Positions 1 through 8,532 of a DNA stretch of 34,185 nucleotides are shown here, in pieces. The translations under genes were made by a program, and so were the position numbers. Every line of letters begins with the position of its first letter. Positions within the stretch are counted from its first letter, which is position 1. The notes beneath the pieces are model-generated. The model was given only the letters and a program-made list of their open reading frames with translations. It was not told the DNA's origin and did not search any database. The DNA is from an uncultured bacterium (GTDB lineage Bacteria > Actinomycetota > Actinomycetes > Nanopelagicales > Nanopelagicaceae), in contig CAXBQO010000001.1 of assembly GCA_963977945.1 (NCBI GenBank), positions 1 to 34,185 on the forward strand, in the 5' to 3' direction.

Positions 1-140
1 TCTTTTGGAATATCGGCCGCTCTTTGCGGTAAATCGCGAATATGGCCAACGGAAGCTTCAACTACATAATCTTTACCAAGAAAAGCGCCAATTTTTCGCG
101 CTTTAGCCGGTGACTCAACTATTACTAGTTTGGTTCCCAA
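1..140 (-). CDS. topA: DNA topoisomerase I, N-terminal TOPRIM fragment (gene continues beyond the left edge)
   Basis: Hand translation of the minus strand from TTG at 140..138 gives [47 protein letters not shown]. This is the canonical TopA N-terminus (VIVESPAKA ... GHIRDLP). An in-frame stop lies immediately upstream (144-146). It is missing from the ORF track because the window edge truncates it. Confidence 0.8.
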   Translation of the reverse strand, partial: MGTKLVIVESPAKARKIGAFLGKDYVVEASVGHIRDLPQRAADIPK

Positions 141-162
141 GTTCTAATTTATTCCAATTAGT

Positions 163-2424
163 TTAGGCAATAGCGGTTGATTTACGCCGACTTCTTATTA
201 ATGAATATGTAATCACTAATACCGCAAGTATAGAAATTGTTTTCGCAATAGAAGTTTTTCCATCTAACGCGAAGGAAACAATCGCTGGCGTAATCAATAA
301 TCCAACTAAATTCATAACCTTAATTAATGGGTTAATCGCGGGGCCAGCAGTGTCTTTAAATGGATCACCAACAGTGTCACCAATAACTGTGGCAGCGTGT
401 GCTTCTGATCCTTTACCGCCGTGATTTCCATCTTCCACCATTTTTTTAGCGTTATCCCAAGCGCCACCTGAGTTGGCCAAGAAGACAGCCATTAAAGTTC
501 CAGTTCCTATTGCGCCTGCAAGATAAGCACCAAGCGCGCCAACTCCGAGTCCAAAACCAACTGCGATTGGCGCCATAACTGCAAGCAAACCTGGAGTTGC
601 AAGTTCGCGCAAAGAATCGCGAGTACAAATGTCTACCACTCGGCCATATTGCGGACGAACTTTTCCAGTCATGATTCCAGGAAATTTCTGGAACTGCTCG
701 CGTACTTCAAATACAACTGCTCCGGCTGCGCGCGATACTGCATTAATTGCTAAACCAGAAAACATAAATACAACTGATGCGCCGATTACTAAGCCAACTA
801 AGTTTCTTGGATCTGCTACATCAAGTACTCCTTGAAATTGCAGTGCTAAATCGGTAGCAGTTTTACCGGCTTCAGTTACTGCTTCTTTAATTGCATCAGT
901 AAACGCACCAAAGAGTGCAGTCGCGGCGAGTACCGCTGTTGCAATTGCGATTCCTTTAGTGATTGCTTTGGTTGTATTTCCAACTGCATCAAGTGAGGTC
1001 AAAATCTTTGCGCCATCACCTTTAACATCACCAGACATTTCAGCAATTCCTTGCGCATTGTCAGAGATTGGACCAAAGGTATCCATTGCCACAATAACAC
1101 CAACAGTTGTTAATAATCCGGTTCCGGCAAGTGCGACCGCAAATAGTGAAAGAACAATTGATCCGTTGCCTAATAAAAATGCACCAAAGACCGCTGCTGC
1201 AATTAATAGCGCGGAATAAACCGCTGATTCAAAACCAACTGATATACCAGCCAAAATTACAGTTGCTGGCCCAGTTTTAGATGATGCGGAAACATCATTT
1301 ACTGGACGCTTACCAACTTCGGTAAAGAAACCAGTTAGCACTTGAATTGCCGCCGCCAAAACAATTCCAATTAAAACTGCGGTGAATGCAAACATTCTTG
1401 GATTTAAATCAATGTTTTGCATCTCAGCTTTCAAACCAGACATGTTCTTGAGCGAGTCTGGTAAATATGTATAAGTTGTTAATCCAACCAAAACCGCACT
1501 GATTACCGCCGATAAAAAGAATGAGCGATTAATTGCATTCATTGCGCTGCGATCTCCGGCGCGCAATCTAGTTAAGAAAATTCCAATAATTGCGGTAATG
1601 ATTCCAATTCCTGGAACCAATAATGGATAAATCAGACCAGCATCGCCAAAACCAGCTTTACCTAAAATTAACGCTGCCACCAAAGTAACGGCATAAGATT
1701 CAAATAAATCAGCAGCCATTCCAGCACAGTCACCAACGTTGTCACCAACGTTGTCGGCAATAGTCGCGGCATTTCTTGGATCATCTTCAGGAATATTTTT
1801 TTCAACTTTTCCAACTAAGTCTGCACCAACATCAGCAGCTTTAGTAAATATTCCACCGCCAACTCGCATAAACATCGCAAGCATCGCTGCGCCAAATCCA
1901 AAACCTTCTAAAACTTTAGGAGCATCAGCTTTGTACAAAATAACAACCAAACTTGCGCCAAGTAAGCCAAGGCCCACAGTTGTCATTCCAACAACGCCAC
2001 CGGTTCGAAATGCGATTTGTACCGCTTTTGATGCAGATTTTTGTCGGGCTGCTTCAGCCACGCGCACATTTGCGCGAACTGCTAACCACATTCCGTTGTA
2101 TCCAACAATTGCTGAAAATGCTGCGCCGATTAAAAAGAAGATTGATCGCCCGATACGAATATCCATATCGCCAGGCAAAGCGAAAAGTAAAACAAAAACT
2201 ATTGCTACAAAATAAGAAAGGGTTCGAAATTGTCGAGCTAAATATGCGGCCGCACCCTCTTGCACCGCGGCGGCGATTTCTCGCATTTTGTCGGTTCCTT
2301 CTCCGGCTGCCAAAACTTGAGCCCGTAAACCATAGGCAATCGCGAGTGCTACTAATGAAATACCGAGAACAATGTATGCGTAATTTAAGTTATCTCCGGA
2401 TACTTGAACTAAATCCAATTTCAA
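163..2424 (-). CDS. hppA: Membrane-bound proton-translocating pyrophosphatase, K+-independent type
   Basis: 753-aa polytopic ORF with the H+-PPase signature DNVGDNVGDCAGMAADLFESY. The GNTTKA motif has Lys rather than Ala at the K+-dependence determinant. Confidence 0.95.
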   Translation of the reverse strand: MKLDLVQVSGDNLNYAYIVLGISLVALAIAYGLRAQVLAAGEGTDKMREIAAAVQEGAAAYLARQFRTLSYFVAIVFVLLFALPGDMDIRIGRSIFFLIGAAFSAIVGYNGMWLAVRANVRVAEAARQKSASKAVQIAFRTGGVVGMTTVGLGLLGASLVVILYKADAPKVLEGFGFGAAMLAMFMRVGGGIFTKAADVGADLVGKVEKNIPEDDPRNAATIADNVGDNVGDCAGMAADLFESYAVTLVAALILGKAGFGDAGLIYPLLVPGIGIITAIIGIFLTRLRAGDRSAMNAINRSFFLSAVISAVLVGLTTYTYLPDSLKNMSGLKAEMQNIDLNPRMFAFTAVLIGIVLAAAIQVLTGFFTEVGKRPVNDVSASSKTGPATVILAGISVGFESAVYSALLIAAAVFGAFLLGNGSIVLSLFAVALAGTGLLTTVGVIVAMDTFGPISDNAQGIAEMSGDVKGDGAKILTSLDAVGNTTKAITKGIAIATAVLAATALFGAFTDAIKEAVTEAGKTATDLALQFQGVLDVADPRNLVGLVIGASVVFMFSGLAINAVSRAAGAVVFEVREQFQKFPGIMTGKVRPQYGRVVDICTRDSLRELATPGLLAVMAPIAVGFGLGVGALGAYLAGAIGTGTLMAVFLANSGGAWDNAKKMVEDGNHGGKGSEAHAATVIGDTVGDPFKDTAGPAINPLIKVMNLVGLLITPAIVSFALDGKTSIAKTISILAVLVITYSLIRSRRKSTAIA

Positions 2425-2623
2425 TCTCCTTTTAGCTCTTCATAATGCTCTGCTAAATAAACATAATAGATATGTATATCTGTAGATGACGGGCGAGAGT
2501 TTACGCACACTCTAGGGTCGGTCGGCAAATCTGAGCAAGGAAAAAGTGGATAAATGCCGATTTATGCCAACCAAATACCTAAATGCGCAAGATTAAACGG
2601 CAATCAAAGATAACCTTTTCACT

Positions 2624-3247
2624 ATGCACTTTTTAAGCGCTGAAAATGCAATTAATACATTTGGATTAATTGGGATTTTTGTGATTCTTTTTTTAGAAAC
2701 TGGTTTGCCATTAGTGATTGGTTTGCCAGGTGATTCTTTGTTATTTCTCGCAGGCGTCGCCGCATCTGGCACTGGTGAAAAACTAAATGTAAAACTCTCT
2801 CTTGCACCTTTGGTGATTGGTTCCTTATTGGCAGCGATTCTAGGATCACAACTTGGACATTGGTTGGGTCAGAAATATGGCGTAAAACTTTTTCAAAATG
2901 AAAAATCTAGAATATTTAATCCTACTTATTTAGCAAAGGTAAAAACTTGGGTTGATAACTACGGAATTGGAAAAATGATTTTTATTGGACGTTTTATTCC
3001 AGTTGTCAGGCATGTAGTTAACCCGGTCTCTGGATTACTCGGGTTTCCAGTAAGAAAATTTATGTTTTGGAATGTCATAAGTGCTGTGGTTTGGACACAA
3101 GGATTTATTTGGGGCGGTTATTACTTAGGTGAAAAATTAAAAGGTTCAGTTGACCAATATATTTTTCCAATTGTTGCGGTAATTGTGGTGTTGTCGATTA
3201 CTCCGATATTTTTAGAGGTTTATAAAAGCCACAAAAGAAAAAGTTAA
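2624..3247 (+). CDS. DedA/VTT-family inner membrane protein
   Basis: 207-aa membrane ORF with the DedA-type N-terminal motif FLETGLPLVIGLPGDSLLFLAG and G-rich re-entrant loop regions. Confidence 0.85.
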   Translation: MHFLSAENAINTFGLIGIFVILFLETGLPLVIGLPGDSLLFLAGVAASGTGEKLNVKLSLAPLVIGSLLAAILGSQLGHWLGQKYGVKLFQNEKSRIFNPTYLAKVKTWVDNYGIGKMIFIGRFIPVVRHVVNPVSGLLGFPVRKFMFWNVISAVVWTQGFIWGGYYLGEKLKGSVDQYIFPIVAVIVVLSITPIFLEVYKSHKRKS

Positions 3248-3250
3248 GTT

Positions 3251-3793
3251 TTATAAACCTAAATCACCAAGCGAGTAAGCCGCCAAATAAGGTAGGCCTG
3301 CTGATTCAATTGCAGCTTTTGCTCCACGTTCAACAATTACTGCTACAGCTACAACTATTGCACCTTCAGCGCGAAGCGCTTCAACCGCAGTCAAAACTGA
3401 ACCGCCGGTTGTGCTTGTATCTTCGACCGCTAATACTTTTTTACCTTTTACATCTGGCCCTTCAATACGGCGCTGTAGTCCATGTGCTTTCTCTGATTTT
3501 CGAACCACAAAAGAATTTAGTTTTTGACCACGTTTTGCCGCTATGTGCATCATTGCGGTTGCGACTGGATCTGCTCCGAGTGTTAAGCCGCCAACTGCTT
3601 CAAAATCAAAATCTTTAGTTAGTTCTAACATGACTTCGCCAACTAATGGCGCAGCCTCTGAATCTAAAGTGACCCGGCGAAGATCGACGTAATAGTTTGC
3701 TTCTTTACCACTAGAAAGAATTACTTTTCCAAGCACAACAGCTTTGTTTGTGATTTGGGTTTTTAACTTGTTCCAAGATTCAGAATGAGACAT
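3251..3793 (-). CDS. pyrE: Orotate phosphoribosyltransferase
   Basis: 180-aa ORF with the PRPP-binding loop KVLAVEDTSTTGGS and a type I PRTase fold pattern. Its 3' end is convergent with dedA, with only 3 nt between the stop codons. Confidence 0.9.
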   Translation of the reverse strand: MSHSESWNKLKTQITNKAVVLGKVILSSGKEANYYVDLRRVTLDSEAAPLVGEVMLELTKDFDFEAVGGLTLGADPVATAMMHIAAKRGQKLNSFVVRKSEKAHGLQRRIEGPDVKGKKVLAVEDTSTTGGSVLTAVEALRAEGAIVVAVAVIVERGAKAAIESAGLPYLAAYSLGDLGL

Positions 3794-3822
3794 AGACCCA
3801 CCTTAATCTAAAATCTAAGATT

Positions 3823-4755
3823 TTAAAGTTTTGCTTGTTTAGAAAGATCTGCCCGCGGATTAAAATCTTTAGTAATGCGAGCAAACTCTTCTAGTGCATG
3901 TTTAGCGCTGGCTTCAACTCTTTGTGGCACAACTATTTCAACTGTAATCAACATATCTCCGACGACCGTTTTACTTCTGATTCCTCGACCTTTCACCCGC
4001 AATGTTCGCCCAGATGGGGTTCCGGGAGAAATTCGTACTTTTACTTCATCGCCATCAATTGTGGGAACTGAAATATCTGCACCTAGCACCGCTTCATTAA
4101 AAGTGATTGGCACTTTAATTAAAATATTCTCATCTTTTCGAGTAAAAAATGAATGTGGCTGAACATTTACCGTTACATACAAATCACCAGGTCCAGCAGC
4201 ACCGGGAGCGCCACGACCTTTTAATTTAATTTTTGAACCATCTTTTATCCCAGCAGGTACTCGAGTGGTTACATTAATTGGTGCAGAATTTTGCGGTCTT
4301 AAATTTAGATTTAACTCTGTTCCTTTGATTGAATCTTTAAAGGAAATTGTGGTTTGGGTTTGTAAATCTGAACCACGACGCGATCTGGAACCGCCACCAA
4401 AAATTGTAGAAAAAATATCTTGGTCTGAGCCAAATAAATCTGAAAAGTCTGCACCATTAAAGCTGCCCGAAAAACCACCGGATTGATTTGCGCCAAATCC
4501 CGGTGGAATTCGACCGGATGCAAATGCCGCTCGTGCTTGATCATATTCAGCGCGTTTTTTATCATCACCTAAAACATCGTAGGCTTCGGAGACCGCCTTA
4601 AATCGATCTTCTAATTTTTTATCGCCTTTGGTTTTATCTGGATGTAATTCACGAGCTAATTTTCGGTACTGCTTTTTAATAGCGGCTGAATCGGCGGTTT
4701 TAGATACACCAAGAACTTGGTAATAATCTTTTTCAAAAATATCTTTAGCAGCCAT
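3823..4755 (-). CDS. dnaJ: DnaJ-family co-chaperone, class II/CbpA-like (J domain, G/F region, C-terminal substrate domains, no zinc finger)
   Basis: J domain with HPD (ELHPDKT) and a Gly/Phe-rich linker. The whole 310-aa protein contains no cysteine, so the CxxCxGxG zinc-finger domain is absent. It is the last gene of a dnaK-grpE-dnaJ arrangement. Confidence 0.85.
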   Translation of the reverse strand: MAAKDIFEKDYYQVLGVSKTADSAAIKKQYRKLARELHPDKTKGDKKLEDRFKAVSEAYDVLGDDKKRAEYDQARAAFASGRIPPGFGANQSGGFSGSFNGADFSDLFGSDQDIFSTIFGGGSRSRRGSDLQTQTTISFKDSIKGTELNLNLRPQNSAPINVTTRVPAGIKDGSKIKLKGRGAPGAAGPGDLYVTVNVQPHSFFTRKDENILIKVPITFNEAVLGADISVPTIDGDEVKVRISPGTPSGRTLRVKGRGIRSKTVVGDMLITVEIVVPQRVEASAKHALEEFARITKDFNPRADLSKQAKL

Positions 4756-4767
4756 AACTCAATCTTG

Positions 4768-5265
4768 TTATGACGGATCTGTAACTGCAACCCGCGCTGG
4801 GCGTAAAACCTTATCTTTCAACTTATAACCTGGTTGTAAAACTTCGGTGGCCGTCGGTTCGGTAACATCGCTAGATTTATTGTGAGTTAGCGCTTCGTGA
4901 ATATTAGGATCAAACGGTTCACCTGGATTTCCAAATTTAACCAAACCTAATTTTTCACAAGTTGCTGTGATTCGATCAGCAACGGCTTTAAAACCACCAA
5001 CTAATTCGCCATGTTGCCCAGCACGATCTAAATCATCAAGTATTGGTAAAAGTTCGGTTAAAAATAATGCCGTTGCTAAATCTGCTGCTAACGCCCGATC
5101 GCGATCTACTCGCTTTCGATAATTTGAATACTCTGCCTGCAAACGTTGTAGATCGTTTTTTAGTGAAGCCGCTTCATCTGTAAGTGTTGCCGCTTCACTT
5201 AAAACTTCTTCTACTGCATCAGAGAGTTGCTGTTCAGTACTGGCAGCTTGACTCTCTTCAGTCAT
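4768..5265 (-). CDS. grpE: Nucleotide exchange factor GrpE
   Basis: 165-aa ORF with a coiled-coil N-terminus and a GrpE C-terminal beta domain (KVLRPARVAV). The start ATG shares one base with the dnaK stop (TAATG). Confidence 0.9.
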   Translation of the reverse strand: MTEESQAASTEQQLSDAVEEVLSEAATLTDEAASLKNDLQRLQAEYSNYRKRVDRDRALAADLATALFLTELLPILDDLDRAGQHGELVGGFKAVADRITATCEKLGLVKFGNPGEPFDPNIHEALTHNKSSDVTEPTATEVLQPGYKLKDKVLRPARVAVTDPS

Positions 5266-7097
5266 TATTTCTCTTCCACAATCTCAGCATCTTGAACTCC
5301 ATCATCTGGAGTTGTTCCACCGGTTGATTGAGTTTGCGCCGCCGCATTTGCTGCATACAGCGCTGCTCCAAGTTGTTGACTGATTTCAGAAACTTTTTCA
5401 GTTGCACTCTTTATAGCAGAGGTCTCATTGCCACCAAGTGCTTTCTTAAGATCTGCTAGCGCATTCTCAAGTTCAATTTTCTTAGTTGCGTTTTCTCCTT
5501 CATTGAATTTATCAGCATTATCTTTTAAGAATTTTTCTGTTTGATAAACCAATGAATCTGCGGTGTTACGAACATCTGCTTCTTCACGGCGCTGTTTATC
5601 TTCTTCTGCGTGTGCTTCAGCATCTTTCATCATGCGATCAATTTCCTCTTTTGGAAGAGCAGATCCACCAGTGATGGTCATGCGTTGTTCTTTTCCAGTG
5701 CCAAGATCTTTTGCTGAAACATGCACAATTCCGTTGGCATCGATGTCAAAAGTAACTTCAATTTGTGGCACACCTCGTGGAGCTGGTGGCAAACCAGTTA
5801 ACTCAAACATTCCAAGTTTCTTGTTGTAAGCCGCCATTTCGCGCTCACCTTGGAAAACTTGAATCTGTACCGCTGGTTGATTGTCATCAGCGGTGGTGAA
5901 AATTTCACTTCTTTTTGTCGGAATAGTTGTGTTGCGTTCAATTAGTTTTGTCATAACGCCACCTTTAGTTTCAATACCCAAAGAAAGTGGGGTTACATCA
6001 AGCAACAAAACGTCTTTTACTTCACCTTTTAATACACCTGCTTGAAGTGATGCGCCTACTGCAACAACTTCGTCTGGATTCACGCCTTTGTTTGGCTCTT
6101 TGCCACCAGTTAAAGATTTAACTAAATCAACAACAGCAGGCATACGAGTTGATCCACCAACTAAAACAACATGATCAATGTCAGCAATTGGAATTCCGGC
6201 ATCGCGTAAAACCGCTTCAAATGGTTTTTTGCAACGCTCTAACAAAGCCGCGGTCATTCCTTGGAACTGCGCTCTGGTAACTGTTTCATCTAAGAACAAT
6301 GGATTTTTTTCAGCATCAACAGTTATGTATGGCAAATTAACTGATGTTTGGGCAGAGGCAGAAAGTTCTATTTTTGCTTTTTCAGCAGCTTCGCGAACTC
6401 GTTGCATTGCCATCTTGTCTTTAGTTAAATCAATTCCATTTTTTGCTTGGAATATTTTTACCAAATGATCTACTAATGCTTGATCCCAATCATCGCCACC
6501 TAAATGGTTGTCACCATTGGTTGCTTTAACTTCGACAACACCTTCTCCTATTTCAAGAAGTGAAACATCGAAAGTTCCGCCACCAAGATCAAAAACTAAA
6601 ATTGTTTGTTCTTTGTCGCCTTTATCTAAACCATAAGCCAATGCTGCAGCGGTTGGTTCGTTAACAATGCGCAAAACATTAAGCCCAGCAATTTCGCCCG
6701 CTTCTTTTGTTGCTTGACGTTGGGCATCATTGAAATATGCTGGAACTGTAATAACCGCATCAGTAATTGTTTCGCCTAAATAACTTTCAGCATCACGCTT
6801 TAATTTCATCAAAATTCGAGCGCTGATTTCCTGTGGTGTGTATTTCTTGCCATCTACATCCATGGTCCAGTTAGTTCCCATATGACGTTTTACCGAACGG
6901 ATGGTTCGCTCTACGTTTGTAACTGCTTGGCGCTTTGCAACTTCACCAACTAAAACTTCGCCGTTTTTTGCAAAGGCAACAATCGAAGGTGTGGTTCGTG
7001 CGCCCTCTGCGTTAGCGATTACAGATGGTTCGCCACCTTCTAATACCGCGACGCAACTATTTGTAGTTCCTAAATCAATACCTACGGCTCTTGCCAT
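5265..7097 (-). CDS. dnaK: Molecular chaperone DnaK (Hsp70)
   Basis: 610-aa ORF with Hsp70 signatures [16 protein letters not shown] and [15 protein letters not shown] Shine-Dalgarno sequence about 9 nt upstream of the ATG. Confidence 0.98.
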   Translation of the reverse strand: MARAVGIDLGTTNSCVAVLEGGEPSVIANAEGARTTPSIVAFAKNGEVLVGEVAKRQAVTNVERTIRSVKRHMGTNWTMDVDGKKYTPQEISARILMKLKRDAESYLGETITDAVITVPAYFNDAQRQATKEAGEIAGLNVLRIVNEPTAAALAYGLDKGDKEQTILVFDLGGGTFDVSLLEIGEGVVEVKATNGDNHLGGDDWDQALVDHLVKIFQAKNGIDLTKDKMAMQRVREAAEKAKIELSASAQTSVNLPYITVDAEKNPLFLDETVTRAQFQGMTAALLERCKKPFEAVLRDAGIPIADIDHVVLVGGSTRMPAVVDLVKSLTGGKEPNKGVNPDEVVAVGASLQAGVLKGEVKDVLLLDVTPLSLGIETKGGVMTKLIERNTTIPTKRSEIFTTADDNQPAVQIQVFQGEREMAAYNKKLGMFELTGLPPAPRGVPQIEVTFDIDANGIVHVSAKDLGTGKEQRMTITGGSALPKEEIDRMMKDAEAHAEEDKQRREEADVRNTADSLVYQTEKFLKDNADKFNEGENATKKIELENALADLKKALGGNETSAIKSATEKVSEISQQLGAALYAANAAAQTQSTGGTTPDDGVQDAEIVEEK

Positions 7098-7218
7098 TAT
7101 TTATTACTCCTTATATTTCTGTAGTTTTCTACTTGAATTTCTGCCTGAACATCTGGCTACAGTTTTGGCTATAGGCCACCAAAGTCTGGGTGGTTCAGGT
7201 CGATACCTTTGTAACTTG

Positions 7219-7764
7219 CTAGTTGTAGTAAATATTCCCTCGGTGGGTGGGTTTAATTAACAAAGTGGCAACTAAGCCGCCGATGAAACCCCCAACATGC
7301 GCCCGCCAATCAATATTGCTAATGACAAAAGGAAGCAACAGATTGATTCCAACCAGGGTCATGATTGATCGGTAATCCGCCCCCATTCTTTTACCGGTTA
7401 TAGCCAAAGCACCAAACAATCCAAAAATCATTCCTGATGCGCCAACTGCATAAGTTGGGTTTTGATTTAAATAAACCGAGCTGATGGAACCTGCCAATAA
7501 TGAAACTACCAAGATGATTATGTAACGGGTTCTGCCATAAAAATTTTCTATTGGAGTACCTAAGGAATAAAAAGCCATCATGTTAAAAAGCAGATGAAAA
7601 ATTCCGCCATGAGTTAGTGCCACTGTAATTAATCGATAGTACTCACCGCTTTTAACCGCAAAACTGTTGATCATAAATTGATCAACAATTGCAGGTTGTA
7701 AAACTCCCAGAACATAACAACCTGATATAAAAAGTATCAGGCTGCCGGTTAAAGTTTTGCTCAA
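7219..7764 (-). CDS. Rhomboid-family intramembrane serine protease
   Basis: 181-aa polytopic ORF with HxxxN (FHLLFNMM), catalytic GASG (GASGMIFGL) and the catalytic His helix AHVGGFIGG. The TTG start lies 1 nt after the ppiase stop. Confidence 0.85.
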   Translation of the reverse strand: MSKTLTGSLILFISGCYVLGVLQPAIVDQFMINSFAVKSGEYYRLITVALTHGGIFHLLFNMMAFYSLGTPIENFYGRTRYIIILVVSLLAGSISSVYLNQNPTYAVGASGMIFGLFGALAITGKRMGADYRSIMTLVGINLLLPFVISNIDWRAHVGGFIGGLVATLLIKPTHRGNIYYN

Positions 7765-7765
7765 A

Positions 7766-8248
7766 TTATTTTATGGTTACAGATTGAATTTTAACTGCTT
7801 GCACTGGTTTATCTTGAGCTCCAGTTTTAACAGTTGCAATTTTGTCAACAACTTTTTTGGATGCTTCATCTTTAACTTCACCAAAAATAGTGTGTTTTCT
7901 ATTTAGCCATGTAGTTGGCGCTACTGTGATAAAAAACTGTGAGCCGTTGGTGTTTGGCCCAGCATTTGCCATCGCTAGTAAATACGGCTTATCAAATACT
8001 AATTCTCCGTGAAACTCGTCAGCAAAGTTGTAACCGGGTCCACCCATTCCGGTACCCATTGGATCTCCACCTTGAATCATGAAACCTGCAATTACTCTGT
8101 GAAAAATAGTGTCGTCGTAAAGATTTTTTTTAGTTTTCTCATTTGTAAAAGGATCTCGCCATTCCTTTTTTCCTGAAGCTAATTCCACAAAATTTGTCAC
8201 AGTTTTTGGCGCATGATTTGGAAAAAGTTCAATCGTGATATCACCCAT
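7766..8248 (-). CDS. ppiA: Peptidyl-prolyl cis-trans isomerase, cyclophilin type
   Basis: Cyclophilin motifs FHRVIAGFMIQGGDP and GSQFFIT. The ORF-track ATG at 8248 lacks an RBS. The frame stays open to 8290 and encodes a conserved-looking ...INTAILHTS extension behind an AAAGGAG RBS (see finding on an ATT start at 8275). Confidence 0.9.
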   Translation of the reverse strand: MGDITIELFPNHAPKTVTNFVELASGKKEWRDPFTNEKTKKNLYDDTIFHRVIAGFMIQGGDPMGTGMGGPGYNFADEFHGELVFDKPYLLAMANAGPNTNGSQFFITVAPTTWLNRKHTIFGEVKDEASKKVVDKIATVKTGAQDKPVQAVKIQSVTIK

Positions 8249-8332
8249 TGAAGTGTGAAGAATTGCAGTGTTAATGATGACTCCTTTTAATTAAGTATTA
8301 AATTATTTTGATCAGCCGCAAATAAATATTTG

Positions 8333-8405
8333 TGGAGACTAGGGGAATCGAACCCCTAACCCCCTGCTTGCAAAGCAGGTGCTCTACCAATTGAGCTAAG
8401 TCCCC
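8333..8405 (-). tRNA. tRNA-Ala (anticodon UGC)
   Basis: The minus strand reads GGGGACTTAGCTCAATTGGTAGAGCACCTGCTTTGCAAGCAGGGGGTTAGGGGTTCGATTCCCCTAGTCTCCA. It folds by hand into a full cloverleaf with anticodon loop TTTGCAA, the G3:U70 Ala identity pair and a TTCGATT T-loop. CCA is not encoded. Confidence 0.93.
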
Positions 8406-8430
8406 GTACTCTCTTTGCTGATTACGAGCG

Positions 8431-8505
8431 TGGGCCTAAGTGGACTTGAACCACTGACCTCTTCCTTATCAGGGAAGCGCTCTAACCAGGCTGAGCTATA
8501 GGCCC
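8431..8505 (-). tRNA. tRNA-Ile (anticodon GAU)
   Basis: The minus strand reads GGGCCTATAGCTCAGCCTGGTTAGAGCGCTTCCCTGATAAGGAAGAGGTCAGTGGTTCAAGTCCACTTAGGCCCA. It gives a 7/4/5/5-bp cloverleaf with anticodon loop CTGATAA. CCA is not encoded. Confidence 0.93.
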
Positions 8506-8532
8506 ATTAAGGCTGGTGAAGGTTATGCGTTC

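Noticed and set aside
629-2435. Plus-strand ORFs 629-835, 959-1219, 1739-2215 and 1953-2435 (68-160 aa) inside hppA
   Set aside because: All lie antisense within a confidently identified, motif-rich H+-PPase gene. Their translations are low-complexity (Pro/Thr/Ser/Ala- or Arg/Leu-rich), typical of antisense frames, and none has an RBS or recognisable domain.
2425-2623. 199-bp hppA/dedA divergent spacer screened for a riboswitch or small ORF
   Set aside because: It contains only a 9-codon ORF and weak 5-bp stems. Loosely repeated (A/T)TATGCC-like words are not convincing, and no known riboswitch core is recognisable by eye. The spacer is most simply two divergent promoters.
7098-7218. Search for HAIR (HspR) or CIRCE (HrcA) operators upstream of dnaK
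   Set aside because: The closest element, CTTGAAT at 7132-7138, has no matching ACTCAAG half-site at N7. The inverted repeats present do not resemble either consensus. This is reported as an absence in the dnaK-operon finding, not as a feature.
8333-8505. tRNA-Ile(GAU) + tRNA-Ala(UGC) pair as a remnant of an rRNA operon spacer
   Set aside because: No 16S or 23S sequence flanks them; gyrA and the cyclophilin gene abut directly. A stand-alone ileT-alaT pair downstream of gyrA is the conserved actinobacterial arrangement, as in M. tuberculosis, where rrn spacers lack tRNAs.
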